A stretch of DNA of 63,818 nucleotides, counting the filler, from Octopus bimaculoides (lineage: Eukaryota), in the NCBI RefSeq assembly GCF_001194135.2. It is 8 parts of 7 records of this genome, joined end to end, with 100 filler letters (N's around TTAATTAATTAA, not from the genome) between each part and the next. Parts side by side here need not be neighbours in the genome. Positions count along the whole stretch, not along the records: positions 33,633 to 48,172 come from NC_068988.1; positions 48,273 to 57,395 come from NC_068991.1; 6 more parts are not named here. The stretch is one strand, 5' to 3'. How positions within the stretch are numbered: the first letter of the stretch is position 1; each line of letters begins with the position of its first letter. Below are positions 40,450 to 54,804 of this stretch, in pieces. Under the pieces are notes generated by a model. It was not told where the DNA came from. It saw only the letters and a program-made list of their open reading frames with translations, and made no database searches. Position numbers and translations under genes: made by a program.

Positions 40450-40637
40450 GTGACTTTGTCACAGACACAAGGCAGTTCTAGTGACAATATAAGCTAAGTG
40501 TAGTTATCATAGGCACAAGACAAGCCCAGTAACAATATAAGCTAAGTGTCATTGTCATAGCCCCAAGGTTGTCCTTGTGAGAATATAAGCTAAATGTGCT
40601 TGTCATTGACACAAGACTGGCCCACTAAGAATATAAG
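40450..40637 (+). repeat. 48-bp minisatellite, about 4 units
   Basis: AATATAAGCTAA core; unit starts at 40481, 40529, 40577 and 40625. Confidence 0.8.
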
Positions 40638-43600
40638 AACTGCCAATCTGCCATTTTATCGACTGGAAGACCTACAGTTTCAATAAAATTAAGCTACATT
40701 AATCTAACAGAAATAGTAATGATTGTAATTATAGACATTTGTTACATAGAGTATGTTTTTTATTGATTTTTCCCATGACTTGCCACCATTCATAATTAAC
40801 ACATTTTGATAGTAATGAAGACAGTCATTGACATGTTTCTATCCATAAAGGAATAACTATTGATTTAGCAGAAGGAATTTATAAAGACTTAACCAAACAA
40901 GTAAAACTTGCTTGAAAGGCCAAATGGATGTGAGCTGAGTAGATACTTGGGTGTTAAAAGAATTATTCATTAGTTGCAATATGTAGGACAGGCAACTATA
41001 CAAGAATAACTAAGGGCTACATCTGGTAGAAAAGGTATGTAGGGGTTGTACATAATGAGTTGATGGTAGATGTCCATGTCAGGTGGATGAAGAAAATAAT
41101 GGGAAGATGTGGTCATGTCTCATCCTCTGAGAAAATTAAGCTTGAAAGAGTAGTGATACAATATTGAGATAAGAAGTTCTCCAGCTTTACCCAACATATA
41201 ATAGCACAAAAACAATGAATATTAAAATGGTGGTGGTGCTGGTGGCGGCGGCAGCGACGATGACAGTGGCGGTGGTGGCAACAAGGGGGGAGGGGGGATG
41301 AGGGGGGATGAGAAANNNNNNNNNNNNNNNNNNNNNNNNNNNNNNNNNNNNNNNNNNNNNNNNNNNNNNNNNNNNNNNNNNNNNNNNNNNNNNNNNNNNN
41401 NNNNNNNNNNNNNNNNNNNNNNNNNNNNNNNNNNNNNNNNNNNNNNNNNNNNNNNNNNNNNNNNNNNNNNNNNNNNNNNNNNNNNNNNNNNNNNNNNNNN
41501 NNNNNNNNNNNNNNNNNNNNNNNNNNNNNNNNNNNNNNNNGGAGGAAGAGGAGGAGGTGGAGGGTTCAATGAAGCACATCTGCAACATTTGATCAGAACA
41601 ATTGTAATAAAGTGACTAATACACTGAGAATTGCAAATGTTTTCAGATTCTGGCTGTAGTTAAGAAGTTCACTTCTCAACCATGTTGTTCTGGGTTCAGT
41701 TTCACTGCATGACACTTTGAGCAAGTGTCTTTTACTGTTGCTCCACATCAATCAATGCCTTGTAAGTGAACTTGGTTGAAGGAAACTATGCAAAAGCACA
41801 CAATGTGGTCATGTGAGTGTATGTGTGTGTGCATGAGTGTATATTTGTGTTTGCCTTTTCACCACATGCCAACTGGTGTCTGTTTATATCCCCATAACTG
41901 AGTGGCTCAGCATAGATGAAGCCAATGAAATAATCACCAGACTCAAAATAATTATGAGGGTTGATTTGCTTACCTAAAAAACTGGTGCAGTTCAAGCATA
42001 TAAAAGAATAAGATAATAAGCATAATTTGCATAATAAGCACTAGTAAAAGAATAAGATAATAATTTGTGACATTTGTCTCTTTACATGTTATATTTCCCA
42101 TAATATAGATCATATGATACAACATTAGATTTTGAATTTAAACCAATTTAACAGCTGTACATGTATGCCCTTGATAAGATTCTCATTGTTAACATTTCAC
42201 TAACTTCACCACTTCATCTCAGAATCTTCTAATCAACTTGAAAGGTTTTTAAATATACAGTTTGTGATCTTTGATCACTTGTGAGGAAGCTAACTAGTTA
42301 AGAGGTATGTTAGTAACCAATAGTCAATAGTTCACATTCTTTCTTCTCTTTCATAGATATAAAAATAGTTTGAATTTAGTAAAAATGTTTTCTTAGTAGT
42401 TCAATTCCAAATTGGAGGAGGAAGAGTAGTAGTTCAATTCCAAATGGTGATAAAATAACTAAAAACTGGAACACCAAATGCAATGCCTTTCTCAAAGACT
42501 TTTCTTTTATTTTCTGCTATCACAATGAATTTGACATGTTGTCGATCCATACTTCCTGACATTAGTACCAGAAATATACTAGAATTATCTGAACCTATTT
42601 TTCTTACTAAGGAACATAGAAACCATAACATATATTTGATGTTTTATATGTACACGTTTTAGTAAGTCAGCTGTGGGTAACTTTGACTGAAGAGACATAA
42701 CCAAGCTGAAACAGTGCTGTGTCTAAAAGTCTTACTACATCGATGAATGAAGAGTTTCGTAAAAATGTATAACAAGAAACCTGAAAGGATAAGGTGTTCA
42801 CTGAAGATAAAACACAACAGTGGTTAGCATATTTACATCTGAATCTGCCAGAATGTAAAAAGAATAAATATATACATCATTGTTCATACAATCTATATTG
42901 GCTGATGTTTTTATATTGTCTGTTTGGTGTGTATAATACTAATATAGGAGCAAGGCTGAATACATACATTACTTTAGAAAGAGACTGGACATCTGATATT
43001 TTGGCAAATATTTATGGGACAAATGATTTCAGTGGTTTAATAATTTAATGTTATTAGAGAGAAAGTATCAAAAGTTGACAATAACCAGTATTTGTGATAC
43101 CAGTAGTCTAAGAAAGACTGAAGAAGGATGAATTAAATCAGATCAAAGAACACTGGACCTTACAAACCATATAAGGTTTATACTGTATTGCAAATCTATC
43201 TAACCCATGCTAATATAATTATGGTTTATGCTAAAAGGGTAATGGCAATAATGTTGTCAATGATTATTAATGTTTTCCATTAGCAAAAGTTTTAAACAGA
43301 ATTTCTGAAAAATTAATTTTATCAAGAAGGAGAATATATTATTTCAACTGACTTCTATAGATTCAATTCATAAGCAGAAATGCAAAACTGTTTTTTCTAA
43401 AGTTCAATATGTGATCTCAACAGTATGGTATTTTGTGAACTTGAATAAGAAAATCATATTTCTTAGCTAATGGCTACCCTTTGACATTGTTGCTGGAGTT
43501 TAGTTAACAAAAACAGTCGACATACTTATAAACATTTACAATGTCCATTAATTACAACTATTTCAAATATCCATTAAAGGAATTTAGAATGTGAAAAAAA

Positions 43601-44188
43601 AAAGAAATCAGAAATCAATTACAGTGGAAATTTTAGAATGAAAGTTTCAGATGTCCAAATTAATTGGCTAAAAGAATACAAACTGAGAGTTGTTGGTTCA
43701 TTTCCTGTCACTAGCAAGATGTTATGTCTATGACAAAGGCACTTAACTTTTTACTACAAAGTCTATCTGTCTGAAAATACTAACCACAGGATGGTATTGG
43801 TCACACTAGTAGAAAGGGGTAATATTGGAAACGTTAAAAGTTTTCCATTTGGATGTATTTGATTTGTTTTCTTGTGTTAGAATGGAACTTAGTAGAATAT
43901 GGTAGCACAATCTCAGACTGAAGTAAACGTTTAACAATGTTCTGTAGATTTAGCTCTTAGCTGATGCCTGCTTTGTTTATTTATACTGTATATTTTTTAC
44001 TTTTACTTTTATTTGTTTCAGTCATTTGACTGTGGCCATGCTGGAGCACCACCTTTTAGTCAAAGAAATCGACCCCTGGACTATTCTTTGTAAGCATGGT
44101 GCTTATTCTATTGGTCTCTTCTGCCAAACCGCTAAGGTATGGGGACAATCACAGACACATAAATACATACATACATATACATATATAC

Positions 44189-44233
<45 letters not shown>

Positions 44234-44459
44234 ACAACAGGCTTCTTTCAGTTTCTGTCTACCAAATCCACTTACAAGGCTTTGGTCAGCCCGAGGCTAT
44301 AGCAGAAGACATTCGTCCAAGTGCCCAAGGTACCAGCCACAAAGCAGGACCGAACCCAGAATCATGTGGTTGAGAAGCTATGCTGGAAATCCATGTTTCT
44401 GATAAATTATACACTTGGATTAACCCTGGAGAAATAATGAATTAATTGATCAATCAACT

Positions 44460-45005
44460 ATCATCATCATCATCATCGTTTAACGTCTGCTTTCCATGCT
44501 GGCATGGGTTGGACGGTTTGACTGAGGACTGGTGAACCAGAGGCTGCACCAAGCTCAATTTGGTCTGGCAAAGTTTCTACAACTGTATGCCCTTCCTAAT
44601 GCCAACCACTCCAAGAGTGTAGTAGGTGCTTTTTACAAGCCACCTGCATGAGGGCCAGTCAGGCAGTTCTGGCAACGACCACACTCGTGCTCAAAAGGTT
44701 TTTGTACGTGCTAACTGCACAGGAGCCAGTCCGGCGGCACTGGCAATGACCACGCTCGAATGTAGTTTTTCAGGTGCCACTGGCACATGTGCCGGTAAGG
44801 CGACGCTGGCAACGACCATGCTTGAATGGTGTTTTTCATGTGTCACTGGCACAGAAGCCAATCCGTGGCCCTGGCAACGATCATACTTGGATGTGCTTTT
44901 AACGTTCCACTGGCATGAGTGCCAATCAGGTGGTACTGTCATCGGCCACAGCAGCGATTTTGGTTTGTTTAAACTTGCCTCAGCAGGACTTCACAAGCAA
45001 AGTTC
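44460..45005 (-). mobile_element. RTE LINE 3' UTR fragment
   Basis: Same 3' UTR and (GAT)n tail as 38815-39470. Further pieces at about 25935-26023(+), 28480-28690(+) and 47657-48171(-). Confidence 0.8.
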
Positions 45006-45234
45006 ATTGGAATATAATTAATTATTTTTAAACAACCACAGTGAATTAGCCAGATGCCTCCATAATGGGATTATCTAATAAAAACAGTAATAGTAGGAAA
45101 ATTTGATCAAGGAAAACCATTGATATAATTTTTTTCTTTTTGTACTCTTCTAACACAAAAGGGATTAAACTTTACAACTATTAAAGGGGATTGATTATGG
45201 GTTAAGTTTAAGACATTATAACCTTGTACGCAGG

Positions 45235-47345
45235 TTGAAGGCTATTTTATGTCTATGGGGTCTGCCAAATGCAAGTTTTCTTTTCAGATGCATGATGCTG
45301 ATGTCCCCCAATCCAGAGTCTCGCTGGCCCACACTTTCCACACCCTTAGAGTTGGCACACTTAATGTAGGCACATTGAAAGGTAGGTCTGGTGAGATTGT
45401 TGAAATGCTTGAATGGGGACATGTAGATCTGTGCTGCATCCAAGAAGTAAGGTGGAGGGGAAGTTCTGCTAGGTTCCTCACAGGCAAAGAACATAGGAAT
45501 GAGATTTTCTGGGCAAGGGGCGTGGGTATACTTCTTACAGAGAAATGGATTGATAAGGTAATCAAGGTAGTCAGAATCTGTCATAGAATACTTAAGCTTA
45601 GACTAGCGCTGCAACATGGTTTAGCAACCGTTATCGCAGCTCATGCCCCTTGGCCAGAGCTACTTGATGAACAGAAAGACCGCTTTTATGATACCCTCTT
45701 GCAGACTACCTCACCAACAAATGACAGGGAACTTCTCTTTGTGGCTAGCGACTTGAATGGGCATGTTAGACAACATCCAGGAAGCTTCCATGATGTACAT
45801 GGTGGCTACAGATTTGGCTCCCACAATAAGGAGAGAACTAGGCTGCTGGAGTTCTGTAATGCAAATGATCTTGAAGCTTTTGATGAAAAAGAGGAAAATA
45901 TAGCATCCCATAATGTGGAGGATAACTGGAGGTTCCTACAGGACAACCTGTTGAGGGCTACTGACCAAATCTGTGGATGGTGCAAAGTCCCCTCTCGACC
46001 TAAGGTAATGAGGTGGTGGAACAATGTAGTTGACAGGGCCATTAAGGAAAAAAAACAGGCAGGGAAGGACTGGAAGTGCGGTGGTAGCAGGGAACTGTAT
46101 CAGATTGCCAGAAGGGAAGCTAGGAGACAGGTTTACTTAGGAGAAGCAAATAAGAAAAACTTTGCCAATGTTCTGTGTCATGAGGACCAAAGACTTGAAG
46201 TTTTTCGTATTGCAAGACAGTGTGTGAGAGAGAATTGTGAAGTCATAGGAGAGAAATGTGTCCACACGAATGATGGCTCGCTTACATTTAGTGGTGCTGC
46301 AAAGAGAGAGACTTGGACACACCGCTATGAAAGGTTGCTAAATGAAGAGAATGAATAGGAGAAAGAGAGTCTGCCAAATATCAACCTAACAGAGGGACCA
46401 GCTATCCAAATTTACAGTACCTTGGTAGATAAAGCAATTAAGAATATGAAGACAAGGAAAGCCCCTGGCCCTTCAGGAATCACTGCAGAGATGCTTAAAA
46501 TAGCTGGTGGTGTAGGCTATAGTCTAGTCACATGTATTGTCAACCAAGTGATACATGAAGGAGTCATATCCAATGACTGATGTAGCAGCATCATAGTCAG
46601 CTGCTACAAAGGTAAAGATAGGAATAATTACAAAGATATCAAATTGTTGGATAAGATCATGAAAGTCACTGAGAGGTTCATAGTCCAACTAATCAGGGAG
46701 AGAGTTAGCCTAGATGAGATGCAGTTTCATTTTGTGCCAGGGAGAAGCACCACTGATGCTACATTTCTGGTAAGACAGCTGCAGGTGAAATTCCTAGCCA
46801 AAGATAAACCTCTGTACTTGGCTTTCATTGACATGGAGAAAGCCTTTGACAGGGTCTCCTGATCCCTTATCTGGTGATCAATGCAGACACTAGGGATAGA
46901 TAAGTGGTTAGTGAGGGCTGTACAAGCTATGTATAGGAACGATATCAGTAAGGTGAGATTTCGCAACAAGTACAGTTAAGAATTCCAGGTAGGAGTTGGG
47001 GTCCACCAAGGATCAGTCCTCAGCCCCCTCTTATTCATTATAGTTCTGGGCAAATAGGTTTTGTGTGTGGCAGATGCACAGGGGCAATAAACACTGAAAA
47101 TGTGCAGAGAGCACCTTCTATCACATGCCAGAGGGACAAACTAGAATTAGTTAATAGCTTCAATTACCTAGGTGACCAAGTCAGCAGTGGGGGTAGATGC
47201 TCTCAGAGTATAGCTGCTAGAATAAGAATAGCCTGGGCAAAGTTCAGACAGCTCCTACTTCTGCTGGTTACAAAGGGCCTCTCACTCAGAGTGAAAGGTA
47301 GACTGTATGACACTGTAACTGCTGAGGGTATGCGTAGTTACTGCA
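45235..47345 (+). mobile_element. RTE-clade LINE ORF (APE endonuclease plus partial RT), deleted, with stop codons
   Basis: LRVGTLNVGTLKGR, DLCCIQEVRW and ASDLNGHV (APE); QFHFVPGRSTTDA and LAFIDMEKAFDRV (RT); HQGSVLSPLLF; LELVNSFNYLG. Confidence 0.92.
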
Positions 47346-47655
47346 TCTGTTGAAAAGGTTGTGGAGCTTGGAATACCAATTAGGAGTGTCAAGTTGGAAT
47401 ATATCATGTTGTTTGATGGGCTTAATGTAGGGTGAAGGATATTGGGAAAAGAAAATTTTAAAACAAATTAAATTTAATGATTCCATTATATTTGGGAACC
47501 ATTTCGGTAGATGCTGTTTATTTTTAGCACACACTGTTTATAGTTGTAAGTGACTATATTCTTAATGGTGGATATCTTTAGAGTTGATATGTTCCTTATA
47601 GTTGGCATAGTAAAATGATATTAAAAGAATACATTAAAGCAAATTTAGATGAACG

Positions 47656-47687
<32 letters not shown>

Positions 47688-48344
47688 TTAACGTCCGCTT
47701 TCCATGCTAGCATGGGTGGGACAATTTGATTGAGGACTGGTGAAACCGGATGGCAACACCAGGCTCCAATCTAATTTGGCAGAGTTTCTACAGCCTTTCC
47801 TAACGCCAACCACTCAGAGAGTGTAGTGGGTGCTTTTGCGTGTCACCCGCACGAAAACGGCCGCGCTCGAAATGGTGTCTTTTATGTGCCACCCGCACAA
47901 GAGCCAGTCCAGGGGCACTGGCAACGATCTCGCTCGAAAACCCTACAAAGTCCAGTCAGGCGGTACTGGCAACGGTCACGTTCAAGATGGTACATCTTAT
48001 GTGCCACCCGCACAAGAGACAGTCCAGGGGCACTGGCAACGATCTCACTTGGCTTGCCGGGCCTTCTCACGCACAGCACATTTCCAAAGGTCTCGGTCAG
48101 TAGTCATCGCCTCGGTGAGGCCCAATGTTCGAAGGTCTTGCCTCATCACCTCAGCCAAGGTCTTCCTGGGCCNNNNNNNNNNNNNNNNNNNNNNNNNNNN
48201 NNNNNNNNNNNNNNNNTTAATTAATTAANNNNNNNNNNNNNNNNNNNNNNNNNNNNNNNNNNNNNNNNNNNNATATTGGCAGTAGCTAATAAACCTTTCT
48301 ATTATAGGCACAAGGCATGGTTTTTGAGGGAAGGAGCAAGTCAA

Positions 48345-48368
48345 TTAGGGTTAGGGTTAGGGTTAGGG
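48345..48368 (+). repeat. Interstitial telomeric repeat (TTAGGG)4
   Basis: Four perfect units, directly visible. Confidence 0.9.
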
Positions 48369-48889
48369 AAAACGAACACAAGTGTGTTGCCTCTGCAAAA
48401 TGTCAGAAGTAATGGAGATTAAATACGCTTTACACCGCTTAAAGTGCGAAAGGAATAAGTGTAAACAGCTGAATACTTGTCAGTGATTGGTTGAAATTAT
48501 CGAAATAAGACAATTTTTTACATGAAATAAATCCGAATACAAAAATTTTTTTCTGTTCTATAACACAAAATAGATAAGTATACGAAGTTTGAAAGTCTTT
48601 CGGTACCAAAAACACTACATAAAACATGGTGCCCCCGTTTTGAACAAGATCCCTTTGCCTTCTATCCTTTTCGGGCTCGATAAAATACGTACCATTTAAA
48701 CGATAACCGGCGTTGGTTTGTTTACGTTGCGGCAACTTTGTAGCTAGCCAAAGATCCTGATAGAATAAGTACCATAATTTAAAACAGTATAGTTTATTCG
48801 ACTATATTCTTCTAGATGGTGTCCTAGTATGTACACATTCCAACGACTCAAACAAATAGAAGATAATAGACAAAAGACACACACGCACG

Positions 48890-48935
<46 letters not shown>

Positions 48936-49059
48936 TGTATATGAATGTATATGCACATATGTATGAGTATATTTATTTGTACATATACACACATAGCCAC
49001 ATACACATACATACATACATACATACATACAGACAGACAGACATACATACAAACATACA

Positions 49060-49101
<42 letters not shown>

Positions 49102-49939
49102 NNNNNNNNNNNNNNNNNNNNNNNNNNNNNNNNNNNNNNNNNNNNNNNNNNNNNNNNNNNNNNNNNNNNNNNNNNNNNNNNNNNNNNNNNNNNNNNNNNN
49201 NNNNNNNNNNNNNNNNNNNNNNNNNNNNNNNNNNNNNNNNNNNNNNNNNNNNNNNNNNNNNNNNNNNNNNNNNNNNNNNNNNNNNNNNNNNNNNNNNNNN
49301 NNNNNNNNNNNNNNNNNNNNNNNNNNNNNNNNNNNNNNNNNNNNNNNNNNNNNNNNNNNNNNNNNNNNNNNNNNNNNNNNNNNNNNNNNNNNNNNNNNNN
49401 NNNNNNNNNNNNNNNNNNNNNNNNNNNNNNNNNNNNNNNNNNNNNNNNNNNNNNNNNNNNNNNNNNNNNNNNNNNNNNNNNNNNNNNNNNNNNNNNNNTT
49501 CAAGACCCAAAATTAATTTTCAGTCATTTATGAAAAGGACTCATACCTTCATGACGTCAACAAACGGATACACTCAAGCTCACTGAAACCCCCACCACCA
49601 CCACCACACACACCGATTGAAAATGAAATGGAGTTATGACGTCATTTTAACCTGCGTTCTCTCTTTGACACAGAACGCAGATCAAAATGACGTCAAATCG
49701 CTCATTTCTTTACTTCTTTCTTTCTCTATCTTTCTTTTCTTTTCTTTTCTTTCTTTCTTTATTTTCTCTCTCTTTTTCTTTTCTCTCTTTCGTTCTTTCT
49801 TTCTTTCTTCCTTCCTTTCTTTCTTCAAGTATATAATCATGTATGTATGCATGCATATGTGTGTGTATGTATGTATGTGTTTGAGTGAGTGTTTGTGTGT
49901 GTGTGTGTGTGTGCGCGCGTGCGTACGTGTATGTGTGTA

Positions 49940-50400
49940 TGTTTTGGACTGGACACCTTATTAGAATGAAAGATAGCAGGATCCCTAAGCAGATGCTATA
50001 TGAGGAACTTGTGAATGGAAAGAGACCCCGGCAGAAACCAAGGCTGCGATTTAAGGACTGTGTCAAGTCCTCATTAAAGGCCCGTGATATGCAGGAGACT
50101 GACTGGGAGAGCAATGCTTGTCATCTCCACAAATGGAGGAAGCAGGTTAAGGAGGGGGTCGACACCTTTGAGAGAGCACGTATTCTGCATGAAGAACTTA
50201 AGCGTGCTGCTCGAAAGCGCACTGCTGGTGTAGTGAATGGGGGAAACTTGGTCTGCAATGCTTGCAGTCGTGTTTGCTTGTCAAGAGCAGGGTTCATTAA
50301 CCACCAACGGAGCCGCAAATGCAAAATATAAGTTAGTCCTAGAGCGCACAATGTTCCTGAAGGTCAACAATGGTCTTCCTCGGTCATGAGTGGACGGCCA
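49940..50400 (+). mobile_element. Second RTE/BovB-like LINE, 3' end
   Basis: WTGHLIRMKDSRIPKQMLYEEL..GKRPRQKPRLRFKD..CNACSRVCLSRAGFINHQR (terminal C2H2-like motif), then stop, short UTR and (ATGT)n tail. Confidence 0.85.
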
Positions 50401-50405
50401 GCATG

Positions 50406-50439
<34 letters not shown>

Positions 50440-50452
50440 TGTGTGTGTGTGT

Positions 50453-50493
<41 letters not shown>

Positions 50494-51212
50494 TGTCTGT
50501 CTTTGTGTGTCTGCGTGTATGTGTATGTATGTATTTATGTATGCATATATGTATGTATGTATGTTGGATGTATTTGTGTACGTATGCATGTATGTGTGTT
50601 TTCTGTTTCATTTTTTTAAAAATTTTCACTGGCTCCCTAGAGAGCAAGGTTGTGAAGGAAAACCTCTTGTTTAAATTTTAAGGTCTTGCAGAATGTTTTA
50701 CTTTATTGTATGTTTCATTTTCCTTACTCTACTTATTTTTCTTAATTACTCCCTGTCTGTATATAGATACTTCGCAATAGAACCTGTCCTTCGCCATTCC
50801 TGCCCAACGGCTTAAACCTACGGTCACTAAAAATGTGCTGCATTAAATCAGAGCGAAATAGAGTTTATTTAACGTGACACCCCTTATAACATCACCGTCC
50901 AAAAATCCAAAATTTTATTTTGGTACTTATGGGAGTAACTGTCTTCGAAGACTCATATTGTCATTCAATGCTCGAAATGAGGAGTAGATAGACAGCCGAC
51001 AACTGATGAAGGGTCGTTCTTTGTGTTACTTGTCCTGTTTTCCATTTGTTTCTCTCGTTGTTTGCGTATTGAACTCATTTGCTTTCGTATTTCATGTTGT
51101 TTACTGTTGGTTACGTCCTGTACCCATATATGTACATGTGTAAGGTGCCATCCAGTGGGACTGAACCCAGAACCATGTGGTTGGGAAGCATATTTCTTAC
51201 CACACGCTTGCG

Positions 51213-51247
<35 letters not shown>

Positions 51248-52837
51248 ACACACAAACAGAGGGAGCAAGAAAGAAACGTTTTCTTATATATCGGAAATAT
51301 ATTGTATTCATGTTAATAATTCACAGTCACTTATTTTGTATTACAAGATATACCGACTTTTAGTTTTCAAGAACCGTGGCAGTGATAGTATTCATCTTGT
51401 CAAAAGTAGGTGTTTTTCAGATCAGTCGGTGAAAGTGTTTTTCATTATGAAAAAAAAAGTGGATGCCTTTGTTGAGAAAAACCTGAAAATGTTTCTGGGC
51501 ATAACTTATATAAAAAGAAAAAAGTGTTATTTTAATGTTTGCCAGATCATACGCCAAATTATACCTGCACACGAAACAGTTTTCCTCGGAAAATTCTGTT
51601 CTCAATGTTAATTTCTGAGCAGAAACGGTTGTGTTAAACGTCCAGAGATATCGGCAATAATCTTCACTTAGCTTTTCCATCTACACCACCACAGCCAGGA
51701 TAACGTCAAATGTGATGAAGAAAGCCATAATTTTACTGAAAAGTAACTAATGGTGTCTTGTGCAATTGCTGGAAGTTGTTCTAGTTTTCTATTAACATCT
51801 GATAGATCGACAAGGAGGATGACGCGTTGGCAGAATCGTTAGCTCACCGGACAATGCTTAGCAGTATTTCGTCCATTTTTTTACGTTCTGAGTTCAAATT
51901 CCACTGAGGTTGAATTTGCTTTGCCTCTTTTCGAATTCGATAAAATTACTAGTTGGACACTGGGGTTGATGCAATCGACCTATCCCCTCCTGAAGACATT
52001 TTAATATTCAAAATAGCTTAAAGGGACGAGCTTGTAAAAGGTTAGCACTCTGGGCAAAATGTATAGCGGCGTTTCGTCCGTCGTTACATTCTGAGTTCAA
52101 ATGTCACCAGGTATATCTTTGCCTTTCATCCTTTCGGGGACGATAAAATAAGTAATAATTAAGTACTGGGGTCGATCTAATCAACTTATCCCTCCTCCGA
52201 AATTACTGGCCCTGTGCCAAAATTTGAGACCAATATTTTATATATTGGAATTAATATACCTTTTTTTCATTATCGTTTTCAGTCGAACAACTCAAGCATG
52301 TGTATTTGATCTTATTTCTTTTTTAAAGTCTATTACATATTATCGGTCTCTTTTGCCGAACTGCAAAGTTTCGGGGACGTAAACAAACCAGCATTACCAG
52401 TTGTCAAGTGGTGGGGGTTAACAAAAACAAGCACAAACATATAACGGGCTTCCACAAAGTATCCGGCTACCAAATTAATTCACAATGCACATGTCGGCTC
52501 AGGGCTAGACTAGAAGATATTTGAATCCGAAATCACGTGACTGCGCATAGCCGTTAAAATCTTCAGTGGGGTCAAACGTCTACAACGGTTTCTAATTTAG
52601 GCACAAATCAAATCCAATTTCAGTAGTGAAAACACCAGAAAATATATTTTATAGTATTTAACCGGAAGTTTACTCTCAACAACTTGATTTTTTTCTTCCT
52701 TAATTGTTTCGTACCTTGAATTGCTAATTATATATTTTTAACAATATTTTAACAATATTCTAATAATGCATCACGAAGCAGACGGATTAAGTGATGACAT
52801 TCTTAACTATAGAAGATAACATCAGTACTTATCATAC

Positions 52838-52886
<49 letters not shown>

Positions 52887-52940
52887 NNNNNNNNNNNNNN
52901 NNNNNNNNNNNNNNNNNNNNNNNNNNNNNNNNNNNNNNNN

Positions 52941-52988
<48 letters not shown>

Positions 52989-53115
52989 GTGTGTGTATGT
53001 GTGTGTGTGTGTATGTGTGTGTGTGTGTATCACATTTACATACATATACGCACACAAACACACACAAACACATATATGTATGTGTATAATTATTATATAT
53101 GTATGTATAAATGTA

Positions 53116-53162
<47 letters not shown>

Positions 53163-53611
53163 TTTTTGGCACGTTCCAGTCATTTGACTGTGGCATGTTG
53201 GAACACCGCCTTTAGTCGAAGAAATCAACCCCAGGACTTATTCTTTGTGACCTAGTCCTTATTCTGTTGGTCGCTTTTGCCGAACCGCTAAGTTTCGGGA
53301 ACATAAACACACCAATATTGGTTGTCAAGCGATGGTGAGGGGACAAATACAGACACACACATACACACACACATACACACACACACNNNNNNNNNNNNNN
53401 NNNNNNNNNNNNNNNNNNNNNNNNNNNNNNNNNNNNNNNNNNNNNNNNNNNNNNNNNNNNNNNNNNNNNNNNNNNNNNNNNNNNNNNNNNNNNNNNNNNN
53501 NNNNNNNNNNNNNNNNNNNNNNNNNNNNNNNNNNNNNNNNNNNNNNNNNNNNNNNNNNNNNNNNNNNNNNNNNNNNNNNNNNNNNNNNNNNNNNNNNNNN
53601 NNNNNNNNNNN

Positions 53612-53644
<33 letters not shown>

Positions 53645-53713
53645 ACATGTGTGGAAAGTTGGTGTGTGTTTGTTTGTGGCATTGTTAGCTAACTCTTCCT
53701 ACATCGTTTTATT

Positions 53714-54804
53714 GATTTTGATGAAACTTGACACGTGAGTAGAACTCATGTCTGTAAACCTCGTGACATACTTAGATTGTTGAAAAAAGTCGACAATACG
53801 GCCCCTGGAAGGGATCTTTATATCAACCTCATACAACGAATGTTTTTAAACATCGAAGGGAAATAACCCATAGCATCTGCATAATTTTTTTAAACACTCA
53901 AGGGAAATAACCCATAGTACCTGCACTTACAATTGTTAGTTTTTAGCGAAGCGATCAATATTTGATTCTTACGATCAGCGGACCTAATTCTGCATTTCAC
54001 TACTCACAGTTTTGAACTACTAAACCTTATTATTGCACTTTCTTGATGCATGTACACTTTCAATGCCCATAATTCCGACAATTCTGCATTTTTCCAGTTA
54101 AAATGTTTCGTTGACACTACATAAATTTTTGATTCCAGAACGTATCTAATAAGTGTCCCAATACAATGAACTCATACTTTGAATGCTTAAAATTCTTAAA
54201 AAATGAAACCAAACTTCCACACCACATTTAGTTGGGACACCCTGTATCACTTATACTTATTTTACAAATCATGATATTTATTGCTTATATATAATTCATA
54301 CAACATTTTCATGAAACTAATTGAGCCATCGAATTTAGAAATATTTTACAGGTTTCATTGTTTATGTTCGATTACTTTGAATATTGATTTTTTTGTGTGT
54401 CCAATTTCTAATTTTTGCAGACAATATCACTCTTATACTTTATTTGATACGTGAGTAGAACTTATGTCTGGAAACCTCGTGACATATTTAGATTGTTGAA
54501 AAAAATTGATAATAGGGCCCTCCAATGGATCATTCTATCTACTACATATTACTAATATTTTATTTAAACAACCCAAGGGAAATAACCCATACTACCTGCA
54601 GTTTTTAGCGAAGCGATCAATATTTGATTCTGACGATCAGCCGACTTAATTCTGCATTTCACTACCCAGTTTTGAACTGCTAAACATTATTATTGCACTT
54701 CCTTGATTTGAATCTTAAACCTCAAAGATTTCATTCATACATTTCTATACATACTAACTTTTTTGAATGCCCATTACTCCGATAATTCTGCAATTTTACA
54801 GTTA
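53714..54804 (+). repeat. Diverged direct repeat of about 350-400 bp (53714-54100 and 54449-54804)
   Basis: Both copies start CGTGAGTAGAACT.ATGTCTG.AAACCTCGTGACATA and end AATGCCCAT.A.TCCGA.AATTCTGCA.TTT..CAGTTA. Confidence 0.75.

Noticed and set aside
42434-42631. Protein-like minus-strand ORF in the CpG-depleted block
   Set aside because: No recognisable family and no clear splice boundaries.
50940-51060. CTGATGAAGGG motif as another hammerhead
   Set aside because: No downstream stem II closure or GAAA in this copy, so it cannot be supported.
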